DNA of 64,000 nt, from NCBI GenBank assembly GCA_963806225.1, contig CAWDXG010000004.1, forward strand, positions 2,464,001 through 2,528,000, read 5' to 3'. The notes beneath the pieces are model-generated. The model did no database searches. It had not been told where the DNA came from and saw only the letters and a program-made list of their open reading frames with translations. This stretch comes from an uncultured delta proteobacterium. Lineage in GTDB: Bacteria; Myxococcota_A; Polyangia; Polyangiales; Polyangiaceae. Below are positions 10,827-20,317 of this stretch, one piece after another; position 1 is the stretch's first letter; each line of letters opens with the position of its first letter. The translations under genes and the position numbers were made by a program.

Positions 10827-11503
10827 CCCCTCACTCCTTCCTGTGCCCGCACATGGGCCGTAAAATGGGCATCCATCTTCCGCTGCATGGCGGAGAACGG
10901 CGAGTGTTCCGCCAGACCACCAAGGATGATCCGGTGGATGCTTCGCGCGAGTACCTCGGTGGACCCGTGCCGCTCCGGCTCGTACCAGCCGTACATCCAG
11001 TTCAGCATTCCGAACACGCAGTAGGTCGTGCGCTCGACCTCGGCCGCGTCGGGGCGGCCGCGGCTGCGGCTCTGCTGCATGATGTCCTGGATAATGCTGT
11101 GGAGCAGCACGTAGTAGGCTTCCTTGCGCCGGCGCACTTCACTGCGATGGCGTGGAGGAAGCGCGGAGGCTTCGTGGATCAGCACGCGCATCTCGGCAGG
11201 ATTGTCGCTGAAGTGCCGGATGTGGCTCAGGATGAACAGGTAGAGCCGCGCGATGGGGTTCTCCACGCCTTCCAGCACGCTCTCGGCGCTTTCGAGCAGG
11301 GTGGCAAAGGCGTCGCGCTGCACCGAGAATAGCAGCTCCTCTTTCGATTCGAAGTAGTTGTAGAAGCTCGCCGGCGAGCGACCGGTGGCGCGCGCGAGCT
11401 CGCGCATGCTCATGCCGTGGTAGCCGTGCTTGGCGATGGCCTGCGCGGCAGCCGCGAGGATCTCGGCTCGCTTGGTCTCGGGGGAGGTCAGGACAGCGCT
11501 CAC
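10823..11503 (-). CDS. TetR/AcrR family regulator (KstR2/PaaR-like C-terminus)
   Basis: HTH GYHGMSMRELARATGRSPASFYNYFESKEELL and C-terminal GMLNWMYGWY. GTG start overlaps the dch stop, and its own stop overlaps the bcrC start. Confidence 0.9.
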   Translation of the reverse strand: MSAVLTSPETKRAEILAAAAQAIAKHGYHGMSMRELARATGRSPASFYNYFESKEELLFSVQRDAFATLLESAESVLEGVENPIARLYLFILSHIRHFSDNPAEMRVLIHEASALPPRHRSEVRRRKEAYYVLLHSIIQDIMQQSRSRGRPDAAEVERTTYCVFGMLNWMYGWYEPERHGSTEVLARSIHRIILGGLAEHSPFSAMQRKMDAHFTAHVRAQEGVRG

Positions 11504-12282
11504 GCATCCCTCCACACCGGTGAGCGCTTGGCGAGGAAGGCTTCAATGCCCTCGTTCGCGTCGTGGCTGGGCAGAAGCTCGGCGATGTACTGCTCTTCCG
11601 CTGCAGTCAGGGCGACCTCGAGCAGGCTCGGCATACCCGCGCCCTGGCGCGCCGCCTTGACCGCCTGCCGCAGCGTGAATGCCGACAGCGCCGACAGCTC
11701 GTTCACGTAGAAGCGCTCGGCGAGCTCGTCCAGATCCTCGTCGGGCTTCGCCAGCTCGGTCACGAAACAGGCCGCCTTGGCGGTTTCGGCGTCGAGCGAC
11801 TCGCCGGTAAGCAGCAGCCGCTCGGTACGCGCCGCTCCGAGTCGCATCGGCCCCAGCGCGGCGAGTGCCGGCGGGAACACGCCGAGCTTGATCTCGGGAC
11901 AGGCGAAACTGGCGTCCGGCGTGGCCAGCACGAAATGGCAGCACAAGGCCAGCTCGAATGCGCCGCCGAGGCAGCGCCCCTGGACGAGCGCCGCCACCGG
12001 CACCGGGTAGCTCGCCATCCGCACGATCAGACGGCGGAAGCGCGCCAGCATTTCCGGCGCCTTCTCTTTCTGGTGCTCCTCGACGGACGCGCCGAACGAG
12101 AAGTGCTTGCCGGCGCCGCGCAGGGTGACCAGGCGCAGATGCGGGTCGTCGATGTGCTCGGCGAGCGCCGCGCCTAGCTCGTCCATCACCGCCATGGTGA
12201 GAACGTTTCCCTTGGGATTGTCGATGGTCAGACCCAGCACGCGACCGTCTTCGCGGAGCTGGACGTGAACTAGCTCGGCCAT
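11500..12282 (-). CDS. dch: Cyclohexa-1,5-diene-1-carbonyl-CoA hydratase (crotonase family)
   Basis: PKGNVL, HFSFGASVEEH, CLGGAFEL, PEIKLGVFPP, DANEGIEAFLAKRSPVW. Located in the bcr operon. Confidence 0.88.
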   Translation of the reverse strand: MAELVHVQLREDGRVLGLTIDNPKGNVLTMAVMDELGAALAEHIDDPHLRLVTLRGAGKHFSFGASVEEHQKEKAPEMLARFRRLIVRMASYPVPVAALVQGRCLGGAFELALCCHFVLATPDASFACPEIKLGVFPPALAALGPMRLGAARTERLLLTGESLDAETAKAACFVTELAKPDEDLDELAERFYVNELSALSAFTLRQAVKAARQGAGMPSLLEVALTAAEEQYIAELLPSHDANEGIEAFLAKRSPVWRDA

Positions 12283-12291
12283 GGCATCACC

Positions 12292-13356
12292 CTATGCGCG
12301 CGGATCCAGCACCATGCGCCGCGCCAGGCGGTGCGCGGCGAGGTCCCCGAGCAGATCGTTGAGACGTGACATCGGCGCCCGCTCGACGAACGGCTCGATG
12401 TCCACCTTGTGGTTGTAGATGAGCTTCAGCACGTCGGGATAGGCCTCCACCGGACAACCCCAGGTGCCGTGCACGGTCGCGTCGAACGCCATCAGATTGG
12501 ACAGGCGGACCTTCACCTGATCGCGGGTGAAGCCGACAATCATCAGCGTCGCGGCGTGCGACAGGAGCGTGTACGCAAGCGTCTGGCCCCCCGCGGTGCC
12601 GCTGCACTCGAAGATGCGATAGCCCATCGAAGGCACGCCCCATTCCTTCGCGTAGCCCCAGAGCTCCTTGCGCACGTCGCGGGGCTCACGCCCGCTCACG
12701 TCGACCGCGCGATCGACGCCGAGCTTGTCGGCCGCTTCGATGCGTCCCTTGTGCACGTCGCACACGACGACGTGCGCGCCGAGCGCGCGCGCGATCTGCG
12801 CGACGAAGCCACCCACACCGCCCGCGCCGATCACGAACGCCGCGTCGCCCTTTTCGAGCCCGCTGCGCCGCACGGCCTGGTACGCCGTGGAAACGGCATC
12901 GGCCACAACGCCCAGCGCGTCGAGCTTCATCTCAGCCGGCGCGTCGGCAAGCGAAACGAGCGGAGCGCCCGGCACGAGCATGTGCGTCGCGAAGCCGCCG
13001 TTGATGTCGTTGCCCGGCATCTTCTGCCGCTGGCAGGCGTTGCCCCGCCCTGCGCGGCACAGCGGACAGTCGCCGCACGGCAGCACCGCGGGCACCATGA
13101 CGGCCTGCCCGACGAGCGCCTTGTAGCGGCTGCCCGCGGCGACGACCTTGCCGGTAACCTCGTGCCCGAGCACAAGCGGCAGCGGATGGCGGGGTGCGAC
13201 CGACCCGTCGGCAAAGCCCAGATCCGTGTGACACAGGCCACAAGCGGTCACCTCCACCACGGCTTCGTCTTCGGCGGGGTCCCCCAGCTCCAGAACGGAG
13301 CGCCTGAGCGGCTTGCCGGCTTCGTCGAGGAAATAGGCCTGGGCTTCAATCGTCAT
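12292..13356 (-). CDS. had: 6-hydroxycyclohex-1-ene-1-carbonyl-CoA dehydrogenase (Zn-ADH)
   Basis: CGLCHTDLGF, LGHE, PAVLPCGDCPLC...C, QKMPGNDINGGFATH, IFECSGT, RLSNLMAFDA...GTWGC. Confidence 0.92.
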   Translation of the reverse strand: MTIEAQAYFLDEAGKPLRRSVLELGDPAEDEAVVEVTACGLCHTDLGFADGSVAPRHPLPLVLGHEVTGKVVAAGSRYKALVGQAVMVPAVLPCGDCPLCRAGRGNACQRQKMPGNDINGGFATHMLVPGAPLVSLADAPAEMKLDALGVVADAVSTAYQAVRRSGLEKGDAAFVIGAGGVGGFVAQIARALGAHVVVCDVHKGRIEAADKLGVDRAVDVSGREPRDVRKELWGYAKEWGVPSMGYRIFECSGTAGGQTLAYTLLSHAATLMIVGFTRDQVKVRLSNLMAFDATVHGTWGCPVEAYPDVLKLIYNHKVDIEPFVERAPMSRLNDLLGDLAAHRLARRMVLDPRA

Positions 13357-13372
13357 CGCTGCCTCCTGCGTA

Positions 13373-13386
13373 CGAACGATCGTTCA
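13373..13386. promoter_or_regulatory. Candidate TetR operator, perfect palindrome GAACGATCGTTC
   Basis: 12-bp perfect inverted repeat at 13374-13385, just upstream of the AGGAGG RBS of had, the first gene of an operon that encodes a TetR. Confidence 0.6.
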
Positions 13387-13417
13387 CCCCGCAGGGAGCA
13401 GGCGCAAATGACGCTTG

Positions 13418-13858
13418 TCAGCCGGCTGATTCCGACCGGCTTTTGACCGCGTCGTTCATCTGCGTGTAGCGCTTCCGGAGCAGCGGCTCGAGGCGCGACC
13501 AGACGACGGGGACCAGCAGACCCTTGAAACGCTCACCGTGGATGAAGCGGGTGTGCGTTTCGTCGATCTTCTCCAGCGAGAAGTAGTGCTCGCCGCCGAA
13601 AAGCCGGGCCTGGACGCCCGAGCGCGGGCCGCGCCAGCGGAGCTCCCGGTCCGGATCCGCACGGAGGATCCGGACCTTGATCGGTACGCGCCGCCCGCCC
13701 ACAGCGAGCTGTATGTCGACGGGGGCGCCGGCTTCCAGGCGGCCACGCACCCGCGGAATCACCGGATTCCAGTCGCCCCAGCTCTCGAAATCCGAAAGCA
13801 GCTCCCAGACGCGCTCGAGTGGCGCGTCGATGTCCGTCGTCGTCCGGATTTCTTTCAT
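13418..13858 (-). CDS. SRPBCC/polyketide cyclase domain protein
   Basis: MKEIRTTTDIDAPLERVWELLSDFESWGDWNP...ELRWRG...FGGEHYF...HGERFKGLLVP. Confidence 0.85.
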   Translation of the reverse strand: MKEIRTTTDIDAPLERVWELLSDFESWGDWNPVIPRVRGRLEAGAPVDIQLAVGGRRVPIKVRILRADPDRELRWRGPRSGVQARLFGGEHYFSLEKIDETHTRFIHGERFKGLLVPVVWSRLEPLLRKRYTQMNDAVKSRSESAG

Positions 13859-14035
13859 GACTCGCTCCGTCGGCTCCCGGGCGACACGGTCACACCGGCA
13901 CAGACGCGGCGCAACTGCGATTCCAGGGGCTGCGCTGCGCCGGGCGAGAGCTGTTCGCAGGATAGCTGCGGCTGACCTTTGCTGCAGGGGCGCTCCGGTG
14001 GTGCAGCGATGCTGCTGGGAAGGCATACTGCCGCA

Positions 14036-14905
14036 ATGAGGGCGTCGCGAGCGGGATGGATTCTTGCGCTGTGCGTCAGCACGTCCGGTGCCTGCGGCAG
14101 CACAACCGCACGCGGCGGAGGAACGCCGGATGCCGGCCAACCGGACTCCGCCCAGGGCGCCGGAGGCAGCAGCGGCAGCAGCGGCAGCGCGGGGAGCGCA
14201 GGCAGCGGCGGCGCCAGCGGCAGCGCAGGGGCAGTCCAGGATGCGTCGATCATGAATGCAAGCGATGGGTCCACTGCCGAAACGGGCGCGGACGGCGGCG
14301 CTGTGTACGACTCGATCCATTGCCCTGCGGGCGGAGTGCTCTTCGAGAAGCTCGGGCTGGTGCACGCGCCGACCGTCGGAAACGAGTACCATAGGGAAAC
14401 CTTCAAGCCTCCAGCGGGCGTGTACGCGGACGTGCGGCTGCAGCTGGACGTGTTCGCCCCGGGATGGAACGACCCGACAACCAGCATGCGCTATCTGCTG
14501 TTCTGGTTCGCCCGCAACGGCAAGCACCTCGACCTGTTCGGCTATGCGGCGCTCGTCGCCAAGCACAGCGTCCTTCTGCGCCATGGCATCGGCATCACGG
14601 CCGGCAACAAGCCCAAGCTCACCACCTCCGCAACGCTGCCGATGCCCGAGACGTATCACGTGGCGTATCGCTACGACATGGCCGGCGGCGTCGCTCTCCT
14701 CGACCTGACGCGAGGACCGAACAGAACGCCGGTCGCGCAGCTGAAGGGCGTTCCCAACGTGTCCAACATCTCCATCGCTGCGAATGGGACGGTGGATGTC
14801 GACCTCGGCAACCAGGGTCCGAACGATCCATATCCGAACCCCCAGGAGCCGCCGCAGTACGGCTGGAAGTACGAGAACCTCCGCGTGTGCCTCATCCCCC
14901 AGTGA
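14036..14905 (+). CDS. Hypothetical lipoprotein with Gly/Ser-rich linker
   Basis: Signal peptide ending SGAC, G/S linker, then a beta-rich domain of unknown family. Confidence 0.65.
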   Translation: MRASRAGWILALCVSTSGACGSTTARGGGTPDAGQPDSAQGAGGSSGSSGSAGSAGSGGASGSAGAVQDASIMNASDGSTAETGADGGAVYDSIHCPAGGVLFEKLGLVHAPTVGNEYHRETFKPPAGVYADVRLQLDVFAPGWNDPTTSMRYLLFWFARNGKHLDLFGYAALVAKHSVLLRHGIGITAGNKPKLTTSATLPMPETYHVAYRYDMAGGVALLDLTRGPNRTPVAQLKGVPNVSNISIAANGTVDVDLGNQGPNDPYPNPQEPPQYGWKYENLRVCLIPQ

Positions 14906-14930
14906 GCAGCCGAGCGCGGCCCCGCGGAGC

Positions 14931-15683
14931 TCAGGCCCTTCGCGCGCCGGCCTCGAAGCGCGCCTGGAATACCGTCTCGCCGTCACGGACACGCCGGAGT
15001 TCGAAGCCGATCGCGAGCGGCTCGGCGCGGAGCTGCCAGGTGAGCATGCGCAGGCGCTCGCCTGACTGGTTCTCCCGGCGGTATCCGACCCACAGCCTGC
15101 CCGGCACGGCGCGCGCCTCCGGATAGACCCCCGCCGCGGCGGCGAGCTGTCGCGCGTCCTCGACGAAGTCGACGTAGCGGGCCTGGTTGGCGTGCTGCAG
15201 GATGTCTTGATCGCTCGGTCGGACGCTCAACTCGTACGACCAGGCGCCGGCAGGCGCGGCGCTGGAGAGCGGCTCCACCGCGGGTAGGTCGTCTTCCAGG
15301 ACGAGGTCACGCACCGCGTCGGCCACGGGCGTCGGCGCGCCGGCGTCGTCCAGACAGACCACTGTGCAGGTGGACAGCGCCACGACGCCGCCGCCGACGC
15401 GCTCGATCCGATGCGAGAAGTCGAAGCTGGTGAGCCCCACCCGGCTCACCCATGTGCCGATATCCAGCTCCGCGGGGTAGCTGATGGTCTCGTAGCACTC
15501 GAGCTTCTGCGCGCGCACCACGCCGCGCCGGAAGTGTCCCTCGAGGCGCGACCCGGGCGCTGCCAGCGCCTGCCAGCGCGCGTGCTCGGCATAGCGCAAG
15601 AGCGCAGCCGGCGGCACGCTGCCGCTCGCGTTCATCTCGTAGCCCCGGACCTGGATCGCCTGGTTCGTACGGAAGGGCTGCAT
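14931..15683 (-). CDS. Double-hotdog acyl-CoA/acyl-ACP thioesterase
   Basis: Two 4HBT-like halves: VRGYEMNASGSV..A.LLRY.EHAR and VRPSDQDILQHANQARYVDFVEDAR. Confidence 0.8.
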   Translation of the reverse strand: MQPFRTNQAIQVRGYEMNASGSVPPAALLRYAEHARWQALAAPGSRLEGHFRRGVVRAQKLECYETISYPAELDIGTWVSRVGLTSFDFSHRIERVGGGVVALSTCTVVCLDDAGAPTPVADAVRDLVLEDDLPAVEPLSSAAPAGAWSYELSVRPSDQDILQHANQARYVDFVEDARQLAAAAGVYPEARAVPGRLWVGYRRENQSGERLRMLTWQLRAEPLAIGFELRRVRDGETVFQARFEAGARRA

Positions 15684-15727
15684 CGCCCGCGTTGTCTAGC
15701 ACACAACCGGCGCCTCGCGACGCACGC

Positions 15728-16255
15728 CTACGGGTACTGGAACGTCACCGTCACGCCGCCACCTGATTCGGTGCACTGCTGCGCGCTGACAGCAGCCTTG
15801 ATGCACGCACAACTGTGATCCTGGGCGCAGGACGCCGGAATCAACTCGCACGTATACGAGGGCGGGTTGCAGCACGGACCGCCTTCCGCGACCTTGCAGT
15901 ATTGGGTCGCGGAGTCGCACGAGAGGTTGGAGTCGCACGGAAAGACCTTCCCGCTGCCGCCGGAACCGCCAGCACCGCTACCCGCGGTACCGCCCGAGCC
16001 GCCCGTCGCGCCGGAACCGCCCGTTGCGCCGGAACCGCCAGCACCGCTACCCGCGGTACCGCCCGAGCCGCCCGTCGCGCCAGAACCGCCCGTCGCGCCG
16101 GAACCGCCCGTCGCGCCGGAACCGCCCGCCGCGCCGGAACCGCCTGAAGCGCCACCGCGGCCCGACGAGCTCGAGGTCGAACCGCCGCAACCCGCGCCGG
16201 CGATCGCCGCGGCGCCCAGAATTCCCGGAACAAGCATCCAGCGAAGAAAATCCAT
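15728..16255 (-). CDS. Small Cys-rich lipoprotein with Gly-rich repeat linker
   Basis: Lipobox AGAGC, (GGSGAT)n linker, C-terminal domain with 9 Cys. Confidence 0.7.
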   Translation of the reverse strand: MDFLRWMLVPGILGAAAIAGAGCGGSTSSSSGRGGASGGSGAAGGSGATGGSGATGGSGATGGSGGTAGSGAGGSGATGGSGATGGSGGTAGSGAGGSGGSGKVFPCDSNLSCDSATQYCKVAEGGPCCNPPSYTCELIPASCAQDHSCACIKAAVSAQQCTESGGGVTVTFQYP

Positions 16256-16318
16256 CGATACCTTCCGTCCCCTATCGAAGCACGCGCTGGGCAAAGCTGC
16301 CAATACGGAGCCGTGACC

Positions 16319-16918
16319 TCACCGCGTGACGCTCGCTCCGATCTTCTCGAGCTCCGTGCGCGTGTCGAGGTCCTCCACGACGCCTGGGTCGTCCACCGTC
16401 ACAGTGACGCGATCGCCGGCCGTCTGCAGGACGTCCCGCGTGACCGCGGTCGGGTCCGCGTCCAGGATGGTGTCGAAGGCGGCGTGGTCGACCACGAAGG
16501 GATGACCGCGCCGACCGCCGTAGCCGGGTTGCAGCACCACGCCCCGCCCCTGGGCGTGAGCCGCAAGCAGCGCCGAGACCGTCTCCGGTCGCACGCTCGG
16601 ATGATCAACGAGCGCGACCACCCAGGAGTCCGCGTCCCGCGTCGCGCCGAGAGCGAGCTGCAGCGAGTGCAGCATCCCGAGCCCGGGCTCGGGGTTTTCA
16701 ACCACCGTGTACCGGCCGCCGAGCGCGCTCTCGATGGCCGCTTGATGCGGCGGCCCGACCACGACGACGACCCGCTCGCAGCCACCCGCGACGAGCGTGT
16801 CCGAGATGATGTGCACCAGCGCGCGACCGTCGATCTCGGCCAGAGCCTTGATCGACCCCGCGCGTCGCGACGCTCCGGCAGCCAGGACGATGCCGACCGC
16901 GCCGCCGGGCGCCGTCAC
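16319..16918 (-). CDS. mocA: Molybdenum cofactor cytidylyltransferase (MocA-like)
   Basis: IVLAAGASRRAGSIKAL, VENP...GMLHSL, LVDHP, RRGHP, DLDT. GTGA overlap with the hcrB stop. Confidence 0.82.
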   Translation of the reverse strand: MTAPGGAVGIVLAAGASRRAGSIKALAEIDGRALVHIISDTLVAGGCERVVVVVGPPHQAAIESALGGRYTVVENPEPGLGMLHSLQLALGATRDADSWVVALVDHPSVRPETVSALLAAHAQGRGVVLQPGYGGRRGHPFVVDHAAFDTILDADPTAVTRDVLQTAGDRVTVTVDDPGVVEDLDTRTELEKIGASVTR

Positions 16919-17949
16919 GCCAGGGCCCGCACGCCGTCTCCCGGCGCATCGGGACGGCCCGCGGCGGACAGCGCCTGCCGCACCAGCACGGGCACCATGT
17001 CGCGGCGGTAGTCCGGATCGCCCGGAATGTTCGCCATCGGATGGCACTGCCGGAACGCCTGATCGGCAACGCGCACCGCGCCGCTGTCGAAGGCGGACGT
17101 GCCCGGCTTCTTTCCGGACAGCGCGTCCGCCACGTTCTTGACGCGGATGGGCCTGGCCTGCAGCGCGACCAGGACCACGTCGGCATCCTCCACCTCGCCG
17201 GACGCGGCCAGATCGAGCCGCACCGCAACGCCGAGCTGCGGAAAATCGATCGCTGCACGATCGCGCAGCTTTCGATACGCGCCGCGATGGCCGTGATGCT
17301 GCGGCGGCACGCGGACTTCAACCAGGATCTCGTCGGCGGCGACGTGCTTGTTGGCGATGCCGTCGCTCTTCCACAGATCCTCGATGGCAACGTCGCGGCG
17401 CCCGCCCTGCCCTTCGAACACCAACCGCGCGCCCAGTGTGGTGAGCGCGGGCACGCTGTCGTTGCTGGCCGCCGCGACGCATTTCCGCCCGCCCGGAACC
17501 ACGTGACAGACCGTACCGTCCTTCTTCAAGCAGTAGCCCAGCGATTTGCGCCAGAAGCGGCTCTGGTTGTACCAGCGGCAGCGCGTGTCGAGCATCACAT
17601 TGCCGCCCAGCGTGCCGCTACGGCGGAGCTGCGGACTCGAGATCTGCGCAGTGGCTTCGGCGAGCGCGGGCGCACGGCGCTTCACGTCCTCGCTCGCAGC
17701 CACCGCGTCGAGGCTGTTCATGGCGCCGATCACGAGCGTGCCGTCGCTCTCGACACGGAGCGCACCGAGCTCGTCGATACCGCCGAGCGCCACGACCAGC
17801 TTCGGCTCGAGCAGCCGATGCTTCATGTTCGGCAGCAGATCCGTGCCGCCGGCGATCAGCGTCACGTCGGGGGCGTGATCGACCAGCAGCTGGATGGCCT
17901 CGCGCACGCTTGTGGGCTGGGCGATGTCGAACCGGGGTAGGCGCAGCAT
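16915..17949 (-). CDS. hcrB: 4-hydroxybenzoyl-CoA reductase beta subunit (FAD, extra [4Fe-4S])
   Basis: IAGGTDLLPNMK FAD motif, plus the HcrB-type Cys insert DTRCRWYNQSRFWRKSLGYCLKKDGTVCHVVPGGRKC, and KLRDRAAIDFP. Confidence 0.85.
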   Translation of the reverse strand: MLRLPRFDIAQPTSVREAIQLLVDHAPDVTLIAGGTDLLPNMKHRLLEPKLVVALGGIDELGALRVESDGTLVIGAMNSLDAVAASEDVKRRAPALAEATAQISSPQLRRSGTLGGNVMLDTRCRWYNQSRFWRKSLGYCLKKDGTVCHVVPGGRKCVAAASNDSVPALTTLGARLVFEGQGGRRDVAIEDLWKSDGIANKHVAADEILVEVRVPPQHHGHRGAYRKLRDRAAIDFPQLGVAVRLDLAASGEVEDADVVLVALQARPIRVKNVADALSGKKPGTSAFDSGAVRVADQAFRQCHPMANIPGDPDYRRDMVPVLVRQALSAAGRPDAPGDGVRALA

Positions 17950-20315
17950 CACTCGGCTCCCGGGATCGCGACCTGGACCTGTCCCTGCTCCTGCTTCGCG
18001 GAGCGCTCGCTGAGCGCGGCGAGCACCCGCGCCGGCGAGAGTGGCAGCTTCGTGAGCCGGATGCCGACGGCGTCGAACACGGCGTTGGAGATCGCCGGCA
18101 GCACCGGATGCAGCGGTCCTTCGCCGGCTTCCTTGGCGCCATAAGGGCCTTCCGGATCGATGCTCTCCACGATCAGCGAGTGGATCTCCGGCGTGTCGAG
18201 CGAGGTGGGGATGCGGTAGTCGAGCAGCGACGGCCCACGGTGCAGCCCCTTGTCGTCGACGCCGTGTTCCTCCATCAGCGCCTCGGCCAGACCCATGTAG
18301 ACCGATCCTTCCATCTGTCCGGCCACCAGCACGGGGTTCAGCGCACGGCCGCAATCATGCGCGACCCACACGTTGTGGATGTCGATACGGCCGGTCTCCG
18401 TGTCGACGCTGGCGTCGACGACGTGCGCCGTGAACGAGTAGGCCGGCGAAGCGCCGATGGTGCCGCCGCGGTAGTTCCCGCCGAGTTGGGGAGTATTGTA
18501 CGAACCGGTAGCGCCGAGCGTATCGAACCGCGCCTCGGCGATGCGGATCGCGTCGCGCGTGCTCATGCGGTGGTCGACGTCGTTCACGTCGATCACCTCG
18601 CCGAGCGACATCAGCACGCGGTCAGGCGCCACCTGCCACTCGGCGGCGACGGCGTCGACCAGCTTTTCCTTGACCTTGCGGCAGGCGTCGATGGTCGCGT
18701 TGCCCACCATGAACGTCACGCGGCTCGAGTACGCGCCGAGATCCACCGGACACAGATCCGTGTCGGCCGCGAACACGCGGATGCTCGCCGGGTCGAGCCC
18801 CAGCTCCTCGGCAACGATGCTGCGCACCATGCTGCTCGAACCCTGCCCGATGTCGTTGCCACCGGTGAACACAGTCACGAGCCCCGAGCGATCCAGCTTG
18901 AGCTGGATGCCCGCCTGCGGCATCTCGTTCGGATAGATCGGGTAGTTGGTGCCGGTGATGTACATGGACGCGGCCACGCCGAGCCCGTGTCCGAACGGCA
19001 GCCGGCCACGACGCTCCTTCCAGCCACTGGCCTGCTCCACCGCGTCGAGGCACTGGCGAAGACCGCTGGACGTGATGCGCTGTCCGTTCACCGTCTCGGT
19101 AGATGCGCCCTGGTAGTTGATGCGCCGGATCTCGATCGGGTCGATATCGAGCTTTTCCGCCAGCGTGTCGAGCTGGACCTCGAAGGCGAAACGCGGCTGC
19201 ACCGAGCCGTGACCGCGCTTCGGACCGCACGGCGGCTTGTTCGTGAACACGCGCGTCGAGTCGAAGCGGTACGAGGGAAAGTCGTACGGACCGGTGAGCA
19301 GCTGCCCCGAGTAGTAGGTCGTAACGAGGCCGTAGGAGCTGTACGAGCCGCCATCGATGAGGATCTTCGCGTCCACACCGAGCACGCGCCCATCCTTCTT
19401 CGCGGCAGTGCGGTAGTGCATCTGCATCGGGTGGCGGCCGCGGTGCGCGTAGAAGACCTCTTCGCGCGTCCACAACATCTTCACGGGTCGCCCGGTCAGC
19501 ATCGCGAGCTTGGCGACGCAGAACTCCAGGCTGAACGGGTCCGACTTCCCGCCGAAGGCTCCGCCCAGGCAGGGTTGGATCACGCGGATCTGCGATTCGG
19601 GCAGCTCCAGCACGCGCGCCAGGGCGCGGTGCAGGTAGTGTGTGATCTGAGTGGCGGACCAGACGGTGAGCACGCCATCGGCATCGTAGCGAGCCACCGC
19701 GCAGTGCGGCTCGATCGCCGTGTGCGTCGTGCCGTGGAACGCGTAGTCGCCTTCCACCACAACGTCGGCGTCGGAGAGCGCGGCGTCCACGTCGCCGAAC
19801 TCGAGCTTCACGTTCTTGGAGACGTTGCCGTGCTTGCTCGGCTCGTGGATCGGCGGGTCGTGGCGGACCAGCGCTTCTTCGGGATCGAGGTACGGGTGCA
19901 GCACCTCGTACTCGACCGAGATGAGCTCGAGCGCGTCGAGGGCCGTGTCCTCGTCCACGGCAGCCACCGCAGCGACCTCGTCGCCGATGAAGCGGACCTT
20001 GTCGACCGCCAGCGCGGTCTCGTCCATGGTCCATGGGATGATGCCGTAACGTATCGGCAGATCGCGGCCCGTAATGACCGCGTGGACACCTTCCAGCGCC
20101 AGCGCGCGCGACGCGTCGATCGACACGATCCTCGCGTGGGGATGCGGGCTGCGCAGCGTCGCCGCATGCAGCATGCCCGGCAGCTGGATGTCGTCCGTAT
20201 AGACCGCCGTGCCAGTGGCCTTGCTCAGCCCGTCGACCTTGCGCTGGGGCTTGCCCACGACCTTGAACTGCTTGCCCCAGGGAGGCTCCGGTCCGTGCCT
20301 GTCGCGCGCCGCCAT
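17949..20315 (-). CDS. hcrA: 4-hydroxybenzoyl-CoA reductase alpha subunit (Mo-MCD, xanthine oxidase family)
   Basis: LRSPHPHARI, LGGAFGGK, GPKRGHG, DIGQGS, DLGAYSSRVTFMVGNA, GPYGAKEAGEG (HcrA-type KEAxEG). Flanked by hcrC and hcrB. Confidence 0.82.
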   Translation of the reverse strand: MAARDRHGPEPPWGKQFKVVGKPQRKVDGLSKATGTAVYTDDIQLPGMLHAATLRSPHPHARIVSIDASRALALEGVHAVITGRDLPIRYGIIPWTMDETALAVDKVRFIGDEVAAVAAVDEDTALDALELISVEYEVLHPYLDPEEALVRHDPPIHEPSKHGNVSKNVKLEFGDVDAALSDADVVVEGDYAFHGTTHTAIEPHCAVARYDADGVLTVWSATQITHYLHRALARVLELPESQIRVIQPCLGGAFGGKSDPFSLEFCVAKLAMLTGRPVKMLWTREEVFYAHRGRHPMQMHYRTAAKKDGRVLGVDAKILIDGGSYSSYGLVTTYYSGQLLTGPYDFPSYRFDSTRVFTNKPPCGPKRGHGSVQPRFAFEVQLDTLAEKLDIDPIEIRRINYQGASTETVNGQRITSSGLRQCLDAVEQASGWKERRGRLPFGHGLGVAASMYITGTNYPIYPNEMPQAGIQLKLDRSGLVTVFTGGNDIGQGSSSMVRSIVAEELGLDPASIRVFAADTDLCPVDLGAYSSRVTFMVGNATIDACRKVKEKLVDAVAAEWQVAPDRVLMSLGEVIDVNDVDHRMSTRDAIRIAEARFDTLGATGSYNTPQLGGNYRGGTIGASPAYSFTAHVVDASVDTETGRIDIHNVWVAHDCGRALNPVLVAGQMEGSVYMGLAEALMEEHGVDDKGLHRGPSLLDYRIPTSLDTPEIHSLIVESIDPEGPYGAKEAGEGPLHPVLPAISNAVFDAVGIRLTKLPLSPARVLAALSERSAKQEQGQVQVAIPGAE

Positions 20316-20317
20316 CG

